From the NCBI GenBank assembly GCA_040385845.1, contig JAZKGP010000004.1, positions 825,334 to 857,333 of the forward strand: a DNA stretch of 32,000 nt, given 5' to 3'. Positions within the stretch are counted from its first letter, which is position 1; the number at the start of each line of letters is the position of its first letter. Of this stretch, positions 8,734 through 17,117 are shown one piece after another. Below the pieces are notes generated by a model, which saw only the letters and a list, made by a program, of their open reading frames with translations, ran no database searches and was not told the origin of the DNA. A program made the translations under genes and the position numbers. Source of the DNA: Bacteroidota bacterium (lineage in GTDB: Bacteria; Bacteroidota; Bacteroidia; Chitinophagales; Chitinophagaceae).

Positions 8734-9681
8734 ATGATCAGGATAGGAACCAGGGAAAGCAAACTTGCCGTTTGGCAGGCAGAACAGGTACAGCAACAAT
8801 TAGCGGCTCACGGTTTTGCAGCTGAATTAGTTTATATAAAAAGTGAAGGCGATATAGATCTCACCACTCCTTTATATGCCATGGGCGTGCAGGGTGTTTT
8901 TACCCGAAGCCTTGACGTTGCATTGCTGAATGGTCGGATTGACGTTGCCGTGCATTCCATGAAAGACGTTCCTACGCAACTGCCGGTTGGAATTACGCAG
9001 GCTGCCATTCTGCCAAGGGGGCCGGTAAATGACCTCATCGTCTTTAAAAATGAACTGACACAAAATATCTATAACAATTTTGATGCTGCGGAAAACAGCA
9101 TCGATGTTACTGAAAATGATTTTACAATCGCAACCAGCAGTATTCGCCGAAAAGCACAATGGTTGCACCGGTTTGGACATCATGAGGTTTGTAATCTTCG
9201 TGGTAATGTAATAACCAGGCTTCAAAAATTACAAACCGAACCATGGGATGCCGCTATTTTCGCACAGGCGGGTTTAGAAAGAATTCAGGTAAGACCCGCA
9301 ACCAGCGAGGTACTTAACTGGATGTTGCCTGCACCAGCGCAGGGAGCCATTATGATTGTATGCAGAACCGCTGATGAACCTGTAAAAGAAGCAACCACTT
9401 TATTGAACGATTCAAATACTGCCATTTGCACGAAAATAGAAAGAGATTTTTTGAGAAGTTTAATGGGCGGTTGCTCCACTCCTATCAGTGCATTAGCTAC
9501 AATCAATGATAACAGCATTCAGTTTAAAGGAAATATCTTTTCTACAAATGGGAAGGAAAAAGCTGAAGTTGAAAAAAAATTTTCCTTAAATGAATTTGAA
9601 AATGCGGGAACAGTTGCGGCCAATGAATTGTTACAGAACGGTGGAGAAGCTATAGCCGCAGCAATTCGTAATGCAAAATAA
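8734..9681 (+). CDS. hemC: Hydroxymethylbilane synthase (porphobilinogen deaminase)
   Basis: IRIGTRESKLAVWQAE N-terminus, HSMKDVP motif, RGNV.TRL motif, and the GGCSTPI cofactor-binding Cys. It starts 6 nt after the hemA stop. Confidence 0.92.
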   Translation: MIRIGTRESKLAVWQAEQVQQQLAAHGFAAELVYIKSEGDIDLTTPLYAMGVQGVFTRSLDVALLNGRIDVAVHSMKDVPTQLPVGITQAAILPRGPVNDLIVFKNELTQNIYNNFDAAENSIDVTENDFTIATSSIRRKAQWLHRFGHHEVCNLRGNVITRLQKLQTEPWDAAIFAQAGLERIQVRPATSEVLNWMLPAPAQGAIMIVCRTADEPVKEATTLLNDSNTAICTKIERDFLRSLMGGCSTPISALATINDNSIQFKGNIFSTNGKEKAEVEKKFSLNEFENAGTVAANELLQNGGEAIAAAIRNAK

Positions 9682-10387
9682 TACTATCCGCATATTAAGT
9701 ACAAGACCGCTGGATGAAACCCTGCTGCAGGAAGCAGTTGCAAATGGGGTATGCGTAGATGTTATTTCATTCATAGAAACTGTTGCCATTGAAAATGACA
9801 ATACCAGGGAAGCGATAGAGCGGTTGTCCAGTGAGGTATACATTACTATTTTCACCAGCATGAATGCAGTGGATGCAGTGATCTCGCAGTTACAAAAAAA
9901 AATACCGGCATGGAAGATTTTTTGTATGGGAAATACAACGCGTCAACTAGTGGAAGATTATTTTGGAACATCAACTGTAATGGCTTCTGCTTCCAATGCA
10001 AGCGAACTTGCAAACTCAATAATTGATTGGACTAAAACACATGAACTAAATAAACCAATTGTTTTCTTTTGCGGTGATCAGCGGAGAAATGAATTACCCG
10101 GCAAGCTTTATCAATATGGAATTGAACTGCAGGAAATTATTATTTATCACACAATAGAAACGACACACAAAGTTGCAGATGCCTATGATGGCATTTTGTT
10201 TTTTAGCCCAAGTGCAGTTCACAGTTTTTTCAAAATAAATACCGTTTCAAACAAAACGCTGTTTTTTGCCATTGGCGAAACTACAGCGAGTACAATTAAA
10301 GAGTATACCAACAATAAAATTGTAATTGGAGATACACCATCAAAAGACGATTTATTAAAAAAGGCTGTGAGTTGGTTGAGCAATTGA
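9671..10387 (+). CDS. hemD: Uroporphyrinogen-III synthase
   Basis: The 238-aa size, the position between hemC and hemE, and the IFTSMNAV / FFSPSAVHSF motifs are typical of HemD. It overlaps the hemC end by 11 nt. Confidence 0.8.
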   Translation: MQNNTIRILSTRPLDETLLQEAVANGVCVDVISFIETVAIENDNTREAIERLSSEVYITIFTSMNAVDAVISQLQKKIPAWKIFCMGNTTRQLVEDYFGTSTVMASASNASELANSIIDWTKTHELNKPIVFFCGDQRRNELPGKLYQYGIELQEIIIYHTIETTHKVADAYDGILFFSPSAVHSFFKINTVSNKTLFFAIGETTASTIKEYTNNKIVIGDTPSKDDLLKKAVSWLSN

Positions 10388-10488
10388 TTGAAGTTGTAAT
10401 GTTATTGAGTTTAACCAGCATGGTTTTGATAAATTTATCTTGATTTTCATCGCAACCGGGAATATTACATTAGAATTATACATAAGAT

Positions 10489-11517
10489 ATGCTACAAAAC
10501 GATTTATTATTAAAGGCGCTCAGAGGGGAACAAGTACAAAGGCCACCCATTTGGATGATGCGGCAGGCCGGAAGGTTTCTACCACAATACATGGAATTAA
10601 AAAGAAAGTATGATTTCTTTACAAGAGTACAAACACCAGAACTGGCAGCAGAAATAACAGTGCAGCCGATTGATATCGTTGGCACAGATGCAGCCATTTT
10701 ATTTTCCGACATATTGGTAGTTCCCCAGGCTATGGGTTTAGAAGTTTTAATGGAGGAAGGGAAGGGTCCCTCATTACCTGCACCTATTCATACACAAGCT
10801 GATTTGGAAAGGGTTCGGGTACCTGATGTAGATGAAACATTAAGCTATGTTTTTGATGCGATAAAAGTTACCAAACAAATGCTGAACAATCGTGTTCCGT
10901 TGATTGGTTTTGCCGGAGCGCCATGGACCTTGTTATGCTATATGGTTCAAGGTAAAGGCAGTAAAACGTTTGACGAAGCGAAAGCATTTTGTTACCAGCA
11001 ACCTGCACTTGCACACCAGTTGCTGCAAATGATAACCGATACTACTATCTCCTATTTAAAAGGACAAATAAAAGCCGGTGTAGATGCAGTTCAAATTTTT
11101 GATAGCTGGGGAGGTTTGTTAAGCCCGGCTGATTTTGAAACTTTTAGTTTACATTATATCAGGCAAATTGTTGCAGCGGTAAAAAACGAGTGTCCTACTA
11201 TCATTTTTGCAAAAGGAGCCTGGTTTGCGTTGGAAGAAATGGCTGCTACCGGGGCACATGGATTGGGCATAGATTGGTGTATCAAGCCATCACTAGCCAG
11301 GCAATTTGCAGGTCCGAATGTTACGTTGCAGGGCAATTACGATCCGGCACATCTGTTAGGCCCGGTTCAGCAAATTCAGAAAGAAGCAAAAGCAATGATT
11401 GATGCATTTGGTGCACAACGTTATATTGTAAACTTAGGGCATGGCATCTTACCAAATGTTCCTGTCGATCATGCGAAAGCGTTTGTAGATGCGGTGAAGA
11501 ACTGGCAGCCTTCGTGA
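10489..11517 (+). CDS. hemE: Uroporphyrinogen decarboxylase
   Basis: The hallmark [12 protein letters not shown] motif, [12 protein letters not shown] and DSWGG are present in a 342-aa protein. Confidence 0.93.
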   Translation: MLQNDLLLKALRGEQVQRPPIWMMRQAGRFLPQYMELKRKYDFFTRVQTPELAAEITVQPIDIVGTDAAILFSDILVVPQAMGLEVLMEEGKGPSLPAPIHTQADLERVRVPDVDETLSYVFDAIKVTKQMLNNRVPLIGFAGAPWTLLCYMVQGKGSKTFDEAKAFCYQQPALAHQLLQMITDTTISYLKGQIKAGVDAVQIFDSWGGLLSPADFETFSLHYIRQIVAAVKNECPTIIFAKGAWFALEEMAATGAHGLGIDWCIKPSLARQFAGPNVTLQGNYDPAHLLGPVQQIQKEAKAMIDAFGAQRYIVNLGHGILPNVPVDHAKAFVDAVKNWQPS

Positions 11518-11560
11518 AACGCCAAAAGTGAAACGTCAAACGTCAGAAGTGAAACGTGAA
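11514..11560 (+). repeat. Left repeat array: three GTGAAACG units (11514, 11528, 11549), the last being AGTGAAACGTGAA
   Basis: Read directly. The first unit overlaps the hemE TGA stop. AGTGAAACGTGAA (11548-11560) is the exact reverse complement of 11982-11994 and of 11996-12008. Confidence 0.85.
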
Positions 11561-11619
11561 CCCGGTTACATTGTAATGTCAAATAATTATATTTCAGGCA
11601 TTAATACAATCCAACCCTT

Positions 11620-11970
11620 ATGTTTCTAAAATTGAACCACAAAGAGCTAAAAGTTTATACTGCCATCAGGGAACTTAATAGAGAGGTTTATTTATTATCA
11701 AACCAGTTACCTGAATTGGAAAAATTCAATATGGTTCAACAGGTAAGACGTGCGGTACTTTCCGTAAAGTTAAATTTTGCTGAAGGTTCTACGCGGAGAT
11801 CTGAAGTAGAAAGAAAAAGGTATTCAGAAATGTCAAGAGGATCAATTGTAGAATTAGATGCAGCGTTCGAAACAGCTGTAGATTTAAAGTATTTCAAATT
11901 GGAAGAATTACAATCTTTCAGTGAGCTGCTCAATAAATGTTTCGCCATGATTTCGAAAATGATGCAGTGA
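11620..11970 (+). CDS. Four-helix-bundle protein (23S rRNA intervening-sequence protein / Avd-like family)
   Basis: 116 aa. The family pattern is present: L.VY..A..L..EVY..S..LP..EKF....Q.RRA.LS...N.AEG..R.S..E...Y...SRGS..EL. Confidence 0.8.
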   Translation: MFLKLNHKELKVYTAIRELNREVYLLSNQLPELEKFNMVQQVRRAVLSVKLNFAEGSTRRSEVERKRYSEMSRGSIVELDAAFETAVDLKYFKLEELQSFSELLNKCFAMISKMMQ

Positions 11971-11981
11971 CTAGGATGTTT

Positions 11982-12008
11982 TTCACGTTTCACTTTTCAC
12001 GTTTCACT
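11982..12008 (+). repeat. Right repeat array: two tandem TTCACGTTTCACT units (11982-11994, 11996-12008)
   Basis: Read directly. The units are inverted relative to the left array and lie 12 nt after the four-helix-bundle stop and 19 nt before the hemF ATG. Confidence 0.85.
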
Positions 12009-12026
12009 ATTTTGAACTTGCACATC

Positions 12027-12938
12027 ATGATTATCAAAGATCAATTCATACAATTCATACACAAGTTACAGGACAACATTTGTTTGGCGTTGGAAGCATG
12101 CGACTGGCAAACAGGTTTTATGGAAGAAACCTGGGAACGTGAAGGTGGCGGAGGTGGCAGAACAAGAGTGATCGCCAATGGAAAAGTATTTGAAAAAGGT
12201 GGTGTAAATACATCAGTTGTTTCCGGAGATGTAACAGATGCCATGCGAAAACAATTAAACATCAACGGCCACAGTTGGTTTGCATGCGGAATATCTTCTG
12301 TGATTCACCCGCTTAATCCATTTGTACCCACCGTACATTTTAACTACCGCATGTTCGAATTGTACAACGAAACTGGTGAGGTGATGGATCGCTGGTTTGG
12401 TGGTGGTACGGACCTTACACCTTATTATTTATTTGATGAAGATGCCATTCAATTTCATGCTGTTTATAAAGTCATTTGTGATAAGTACGACCCATCCTTT
12501 TATCCTGCTTTTAAAAAACATTGTGATGATTATTTTGTGAATACTCATCGTAATAATGAACGGCGTGGTATTGGTGGTATTTTTTATGATTATAAAAGAG
12601 CCGATACTTCAAAAGATGAAAACTTTTGGTTACAGTTTGCCCAGGATGCAGGCTATGCTTTTTTAGATGCTTATATTCCTATTGTTGAAAAAAGAAAGCA
12701 CACGCCTTACAACGAACAAAACAAACACTGGCAGGAGATAAGACGCGGACGTTATGTTGAGTTTAACCTGGTACATGATCGCGGTACTTTGTTTGGATTG
12801 AAAACAAATGGACGAACCGAAAGTATCTTAATGAGCCTTCCTCCCACTGTTCGTTTTGAATATGATTACAAACCCATTCCGGGTACCGAAGAAGATAAAT
12901 TATGGCAGGTTTGTTTACAACCGAAAGACTGGATTTAA
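12027..12938 (+). CDS. hemF: Oxygen-dependent coproporphyrinogen-III oxidase
   Basis: WEREGGGGGRTRV, GVN.S.V.G, HPLNPFVPTVHFNYR, RRGIGGIFYD and LVHDRGT.FGL motifs are present. I place the start at the ATG at 12027. The track start at 11937 overlaps the upstream gene and reads through the repeat. Confidence 0.93.
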   Translation: MIIKDQFIQFIHKLQDNICLALEACDWQTGFMEETWEREGGGGGRTRVIANGKVFEKGGVNTSVVSGDVTDAMRKQLNINGHSWFACGISSVIHPLNPFVPTVHFNYRMFELYNETGEVMDRWFGGGTDLTPYYLFDEDAIQFHAVYKVICDKYDPSFYPAFKKHCDDYFVNTHRNNERRGIGGIFYDYKRADTSKDENFWLQFAQDAGYAFLDAYIPIVEKRKHTPYNEQNKHWQEIRRGRYVEFNLVHDRGTLFGLKTNGRTESILMSLPPTVRFEYDYKPIPGTEEDKLWQVCLQPKDWI

Positions 12939-13021
12939 TACAATTTCGAGATTTTGTGATTTAGGTGAGTTGTTGATTTCAATTTAAGGATTCAACACTC
13001 TATCTTGAGTTAAATCTTTTT

Positions 13022-13399
13022 ATGACAGAAAATGAATTGTCCTATAAAATACTTGGATTGGCTATTGATGTACATACTAAGCTTGGTCCAGGTCTCTTAG
13101 AAAGTGCTTACAAGGAATGTTTATATTATAAAATTGGTAAAGAAGGTTATTGGATTGAAAAAGAAAAACCAATGCCATTGATTTTTGAAGATATAAAACT
13201 TGATTGTGGGTACAGAGTTGATCTTATGGTAGAAGGGAAATTGATACTTGAAATAAAAAGTGTGGAAGCATTGAATGATGTGCACCTTGCCCAGGTACTT
13301 ACCTATTTAAAACTCGCAGACTGCAAGCTTGGCCTACTCATTAATTTTAATGTAATAAGACTTAAGGACGGCGTTAAGAGAATTGTAAATGGACTTTAG
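13022..13399 (+). CDS. GxxExxY protein (PD-(D/E)xK nuclease-fold superfamily)
   Basis: 125 aa with the eponymous motif GPGLLESAY and a D...E.K core (VDLMVEGKLILEIKS). The N-terminus (ILGLAIDVHTKLGPG) and C-terminus (GLLINFN) are typical of the family. Confidence 0.85.
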   Translation: MTENELSYKILGLAIDVHTKLGPGLLESAYKECLYYKIGKEGYWIEKEKPMPLIFEDIKLDCGYRVDLMVEGKLILEIKSVEALNDVHLAQVLTYLKLADCKLGLLINFNVIRLKDGVKRIVNGL

Positions 13400-13422
13400 A
13401 TTTTAGCTAATACAAATACATT

Positions 13423-13588
13423 AACCGCAAAGAAAATACAAAGAAATACAGCGCCAAGTGCGCTAAATCGTTTTCATTGAAATCGTTGGTGCTATAAAGG
13501 CTAGTGTTTAGGGAAATAGAAAAAATCTTTTGTATTTTCTTTGCGAAAAACTTTGTGCTCTTTGCGGTTTTAATAAAAGCGCTAAATC
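13423..13588. repeat. Nested repeat element between the GxxExxY gene and hemB
   Basis: There is a 17-bp inverted repeat (13426-13442 vs 13529-13545). AACCGCAAAG (13423-13432) is inverted to CTTTGCGGTT (13560-13569). GCGCTAAATC is a direct repeat (13460-13469 and 13579-13588). A small AGCGC/GCGCT hairpin lies at 13450-13464. Confidence 0.8.
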
Positions 13589-13623
13589 TAAAAATTAATA
13601 CATCTAAATATCAGAAATTAATT

Positions 13624-14598
13624 ATGTATTTACAAAGGAGAAACAGAATATTAAGAAGTAATCCTGCAATAAGAAGCCTGGTTGCGGAAACTATTCTTAC
13701 CCCTGCTGATTTTATAGCACCGTTGTTTATTGATGAAGGTGAAAATGTTCAGACAGAGATTGCATCGATGCCGGGATATTTTCGCAACAGCCTTGATCTA
13801 ACCGTTAAGGAGGTTAAAGAATTATACGCGATGGGTATTAAATGTGTTTTACTTTTTGTGAAAGCAAAAGATGATGTAAAAGACAATACCGGTAAGGAAG
13901 CGTGGAATAAGCATGGCCTTATGCAACGCAGTATAACAGCTATAAAAGATGCCGTTCCCGAAATGGTGGTAATGACTGATGTGGCATTGGACCCTTATTC
14001 TATTTACGGGCATGATGGCATTGTGCTGGACAACGAAATTTTGAATGACGAAACAGTAGAAGCTCTTGTGAAAATGAGCCTGAGCCACGCTGCTGCAGGT
14101 GCAGATTTTGTTGCACCGAGTGATATGATGGATGGTCGCATTGGTGCCATCCGGCATGCACTCGAACAAAATGGTTATACAAAAACTGGCATCATGGCAT
14201 ACAGTGCCAAATATGCCAGTTGTTTTTATGGACCATTCAGAGATGCGCTTGATAGTGCGCCAGGATTTGGAGATAAAAAAACTTACCAGATGAATTATGC
14301 AAACCGCATCGAAGCTATAAAAGAAACCATAATGGATATTGAAGAAGGTGCTGATATCGTAATGGTTAAACCTGCCATGGCTTACCTGGATATTATCAGG
14401 GAAGTAAAAAATGCAGTAGATGTTCCCGTAAGTGCATACCATGTGAGTGGAGAATATGCTATGATAAAAGCGGCATCGAAAATGGGTTGGCTAGATGAAA
14501 ATAAAGCCATCCTGGAAAGCCTGACTTCCATTAAGCGTGCAGGTGCAGATTTAATAGCCACTTACTTTGCAAAAGATGCAGTAAAATTATTAGCGTAA
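13624..14598 (+). CDS. hemB: Porphobilinogen synthase (delta-aminolevulinic acid dehydratase)
   Basis: RRNR....IR.LV.E N-terminus, FVAPSDMMDGRIGAIR, YSAKYAS.FYGPFRDA and VKPA..YLDII (active-site Lys) are present. I prefer the ATG at 13624. The GTG extension from 13504 reads through the repeat element. Confidence 0.93.
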   Translation: MYLQRRNRILRSNPAIRSLVAETILTPADFIAPLFIDEGENVQTEIASMPGYFRNSLDLTVKEVKELYAMGIKCVLLFVKAKDDVKDNTGKEAWNKHGLMQRSITAIKDAVPEMVVMTDVALDPYSIYGHDGIVLDNEILNDETVEALVKMSLSHAAAGADFVAPSDMMDGRIGAIRHALEQNGYTKTGIMAYSAKYASCFYGPFRDALDSAPGFGDKKTYQMNYANRIEAIKETIMDIEEGADIVMVKPAMAYLDIIREVKNAVDVPVSAYHVSGEYAMIKAASKMGWLDENKAILESLTSIKRAGADLIATYFAKDAVKLLA

Positions 14599-14669
14599 AA
14601 TAAACGGGAAAAGGCAACAGATGGCAACTGCATTCCAAATATCCTGTTGCATCTCAGAAATTAAATAAC

Positions 14670-15959
14670 ATGAACATGCAATCGAGCAAATCATTATTTG
14701 AAAGAGCACAATTGTCTATACCTGGTGGGGTAAATTCTCCTGTTCGTGCTTTTAAAAGTGTGGGTGGCAATCCTGTTTTTATAAGCAAGGGAGAAGGAGC
14801 TTACCTGTATGATGCCGATAATAATAAATACATTGATTATATCGCATCCTGGGGGCCACTTATTTTAGGACACGCTTACCCGGATGTTGTTGAGGCCATA
14901 ACACGACAGGTTACAAACGGTACTTCCTTTGGCGCCCCAACCGAGCTGGAAATAGAAATGGCGGAACTTATAAAAAGCATGGTTCCAAATGTGGATTTAA
15001 TTCGGATGGTGAGCAGCGGCACAGAAGCTTGTATGAGTGCCGTTCGGTTAGCCCGCGGTTATACAGGAAAAAATAAGATCATCAAATTTGAAGGCTGTTA
15101 TCACGGTCATGCCGATGCTTTTTTAGTAAAAGCTGGTAGTGGGTTAGCCACGTTTAATATTCAAACTGTGCCTGGTGTTACAGCTGGTGTAAGCAACGAT
15201 ACGCTTACCTGTTCGTACAATGATCTCGATGCAGTTGAATTGCTGGTGTTGCAAAACAAGGGAGAGATTGCTGCCATTATAATAGAACCAGTGGTTGGTA
15301 ATATGGGCTGCATTCTTCCACGTCCCGGTTACCTGGAAGGTTTGCGCAAAATTTGCAACGAAGAAAACATTGTTTTTATTTTTGATGAAGTTATGACGGG
15401 CTTCAGGCTTGCACCCGGAGGTGCTCAACAACGGTTAGGCATTGACGCAGACCTGGTAACCTATGGAAAAGTAATTGGCGGTGGATTACCTGTGGGAGCA
15501 TTTGGCGGTAAAAAAGAAATCATGCAACACATCGCCCCGCTTGGAAATGTATACCAGGCAGGAACATTAAGTGGTAATCCTATTGCAATGATAGCTGGCT
15601 TTACTTTGTTGACCATCCTTAGAAATAACCCTGGAATATATGCTGAGCTAGACGCAAAAACAGCGCATTTGCACAAGGGTCTTGATGAGGCATTCAAATC
15701 ATCCAATATACCGTTTGTTATTAACCGACTGGGTTCCATGATCAGCGTCCATTTCAGTGAACAACCCGTCATCGATTTTACCAGTGCTGCCGCAGCCAAT
15801 AACCAATTGTTTAACAAGTATTTTCATCATATGCTTGGCAATGGGGTTTACCTGCCACCATCCGCATTTGAAAGCTGGTTTTTGAATAATGCATTAAGCT
15901 ATGATGATCTTGACAGAACAGTTGAATTAACCGAATCATTTCTTAAATCTGTTGCATAA
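14670..15959 (+). CDS. hemL: Glutamate-1-semialdehyde 2,1-aminomutase
   Basis: [33 protein letters not shown] and YGKVIGGG (PLP Lys) motifs are present in a 429-aa protein. Confidence 0.93.
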   Translation: MNMQSSKSLFERAQLSIPGGVNSPVRAFKSVGGNPVFISKGEGAYLYDADNNKYIDYIASWGPLILGHAYPDVVEAITRQVTNGTSFGAPTELEIEMAELIKSMVPNVDLIRMVSSGTEACMSAVRLARGYTGKNKIIKFEGCYHGHADAFLVKAGSGLATFNIQTVPGVTAGVSNDTLTCSYNDLDAVELLVLQNKGEIAAIIIEPVVGNMGCILPRPGYLEGLRKICNEENIVFIFDEVMTGFRLAPGGAQQRLGIDADLVTYGKVIGGGLPVGAFGGKKEIMQHIAPLGNVYQAGTLSGNPIAMIAGFTLLTILRNNPGIYAELDAKTAHLHKGLDEAFKSSNIPFVINRLGSMISVHFSEQPVIDFTSAAAANNQLFNKYFHHMLGNGVYLPPSAFESWFLNNALSYDDLDRTVELTESFLKSVA

Positions 15960-16090
15960 GAGGTATATTTTTCAAAAAAAATAAATTTAATGTTCAGCTG
16001 GCATAGGTTTTTAAATATTACAATAAGTCCCTGCAGTTCACTTATTGCTGCGATTGATGCTCAACAACGGCATCTTAAAAAATCTATACA

Positions 16091-17056
16091 ATGAAAAATG
16101 TTTGTCTCGTATTTACCCTGCTATTTTCACTTACTGCATTTAGCCAAAAGGTTAACCAATGCGGATTTGTAATTCCACCCAAACAGTTTAAACAACCCGG
16201 AATCTCAACACCGTTTGCTTCTGTTTACGAAGCAAAAAGTATTGTTGATGATATGCTTACCAACATTAAATGGCAGGAAAATTTCCAGATCCGCGAACAA
16301 AACGGGATCAATAATGCCTACGCTACAATTATTCAAAATCGCAGGTTTATTATTTACGACAACGATTTTTTGGAATCGCTTGACAGGTATGCGGGAACTG
16401 ACTGGGCATCAATCAGTGTGCTGGCACATGAAATGGGTCATCATTATTACAACCATGTTATTTCAAGTGGAGGAAGTACTGTTCCAAAAGAAATAGAAGC
16501 GGATTATTTTTCAGGATACGTGATGGCCCGTATGGGTGCCACACTTAATGAGTCGATAGCTGCTATGAACAAATTGGGTACAGAACAGCAAAGCTCCACT
16601 CATCCCCGCAAAACTGACCGGCTTAATTCTATTTCAAAAGGCTGGAACTATGGCAATAACATGGCTCCACAGCAAGGAAATCCCACCCCAACACCAACAC
16701 CTACTTATCCTGACCCGAGTACCAATCCAAATCCAACCACGCCTTCTCCAAATTATCCTGATAATAGTGGCAATAATCCAACGACTTCAGATAATGATCC
16801 GGCTAGCTGGATTTACCTTACACATGGAAACAAAGAGGATATCCAGGTTGAATTATCTGATGATGGAAGAAGATTTGATAAAGTGGCACTGAAAGCAGGT
16901 GAACCATTTGTATTTAAATACGAGGTATATAATTATGGTTGGTTGCGATTACCACAATTACGTGGAACAAAAACCTACCGGCTAAACCATGGCAGAGATT
17001 ACAGTATTCAATGGAGCCGCAAGCAACAAAGCTGGGTATTGGTTGAAGTGCCATGA
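16091..17056 (+). CDS. Secreted putative zinc metallopeptidase (M48-like HExxH ... HP....R) with P/T/N-rich linker and C-terminal beta-rich domain
   Basis: Signal peptide MKNVCLVFTLLFSLTAFSQ. HEMGHH motif, a downstream EADYFSG and THPRKTDR. Low-complexity linker NPTPTPTPTYPDPSTNPNPTTPSPNYPDNSGNNPTTS. The C-terminal 90 aa have no features I recognise. Confidence 0.6.
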   Translation: MKNVCLVFTLLFSLTAFSQKVNQCGFVIPPKQFKQPGISTPFASVYEAKSIVDDMLTNIKWQENFQIREQNGINNAYATIIQNRRFIIYDNDFLESLDRYAGTDWASISVLAHEMGHHYYNHVISSGGSTVPKEIEADYFSGYVMARMGATLNESIAAMNKLGTEQQSSTHPRKTDRLNSISKGWNYGNNMAPQQGNPTPTPTPTYPDPSTNPNPTTPSPNYPDNSGNNPTTSDNDPASWIYLTHGNKEDIQVELSDDGRRFDKVALKAGEPFVFKYEVYNYGWLRLPQLRGTKTYRLNHGRDYSIQWSRKQQSWVLVEVP

Positions 17057-17063
17057 CAATATA

Positions 17064-17092
17064 AAAGCGGAACAAAAACATTGTTCCGCTTT
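17064..17092. terminator. Bidirectional hairpin between convergent genes
   Basis: 11-bp stem AAAGCGGAACA / TGTTCCGCTTT with a 7-nt loop and A/T runs on both sides. Confidence 0.7.
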
Positions 17093-17117
17093 CAAAAAGC
17101 TTAGCTCTTAAAAATAT

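Noticed and set aside
11937-12026. N-terminal extension of hemF from the ATG at 11937.
   Set aside because: It overlaps the 3' end of the four-helix-bundle gene and translates the inverted repeat (FTFHFSRFT). Conserved HemF sequence begins after the ATG at 12027.
13504-13623. GTG-initiated 40-aa extension of hemB.
   Set aside because: It reads through the nested repeat element and gives a hydrophobic, non-HemB-like peptide. The ATG at 13624 gives the canonical RRNR...IR.LV N-terminus.
13849-14442. 197-aa antisense ORF inside hemB. Similar antisense ORFs lie inside dcp, hemL, gyrB, pta, ileS and the ABC transporter (for example 30938..31459 and 19032..19427).
   Set aside because: They lie opposite strongly motif-supported genes. 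Their composition is skewed (Cys/His/Phe/Ile-rich) and they have no recognisable motifs. They are typical shadow ORFs.
16670-16800. Repetitive CCA/ACC-rich DNA as a possible tandem repeat or array.
   Set aside because: It is in frame within the 16091-17056 CDS and encodes a Pro/Thr/Asn linker. There is no spacer/repeat organisation.
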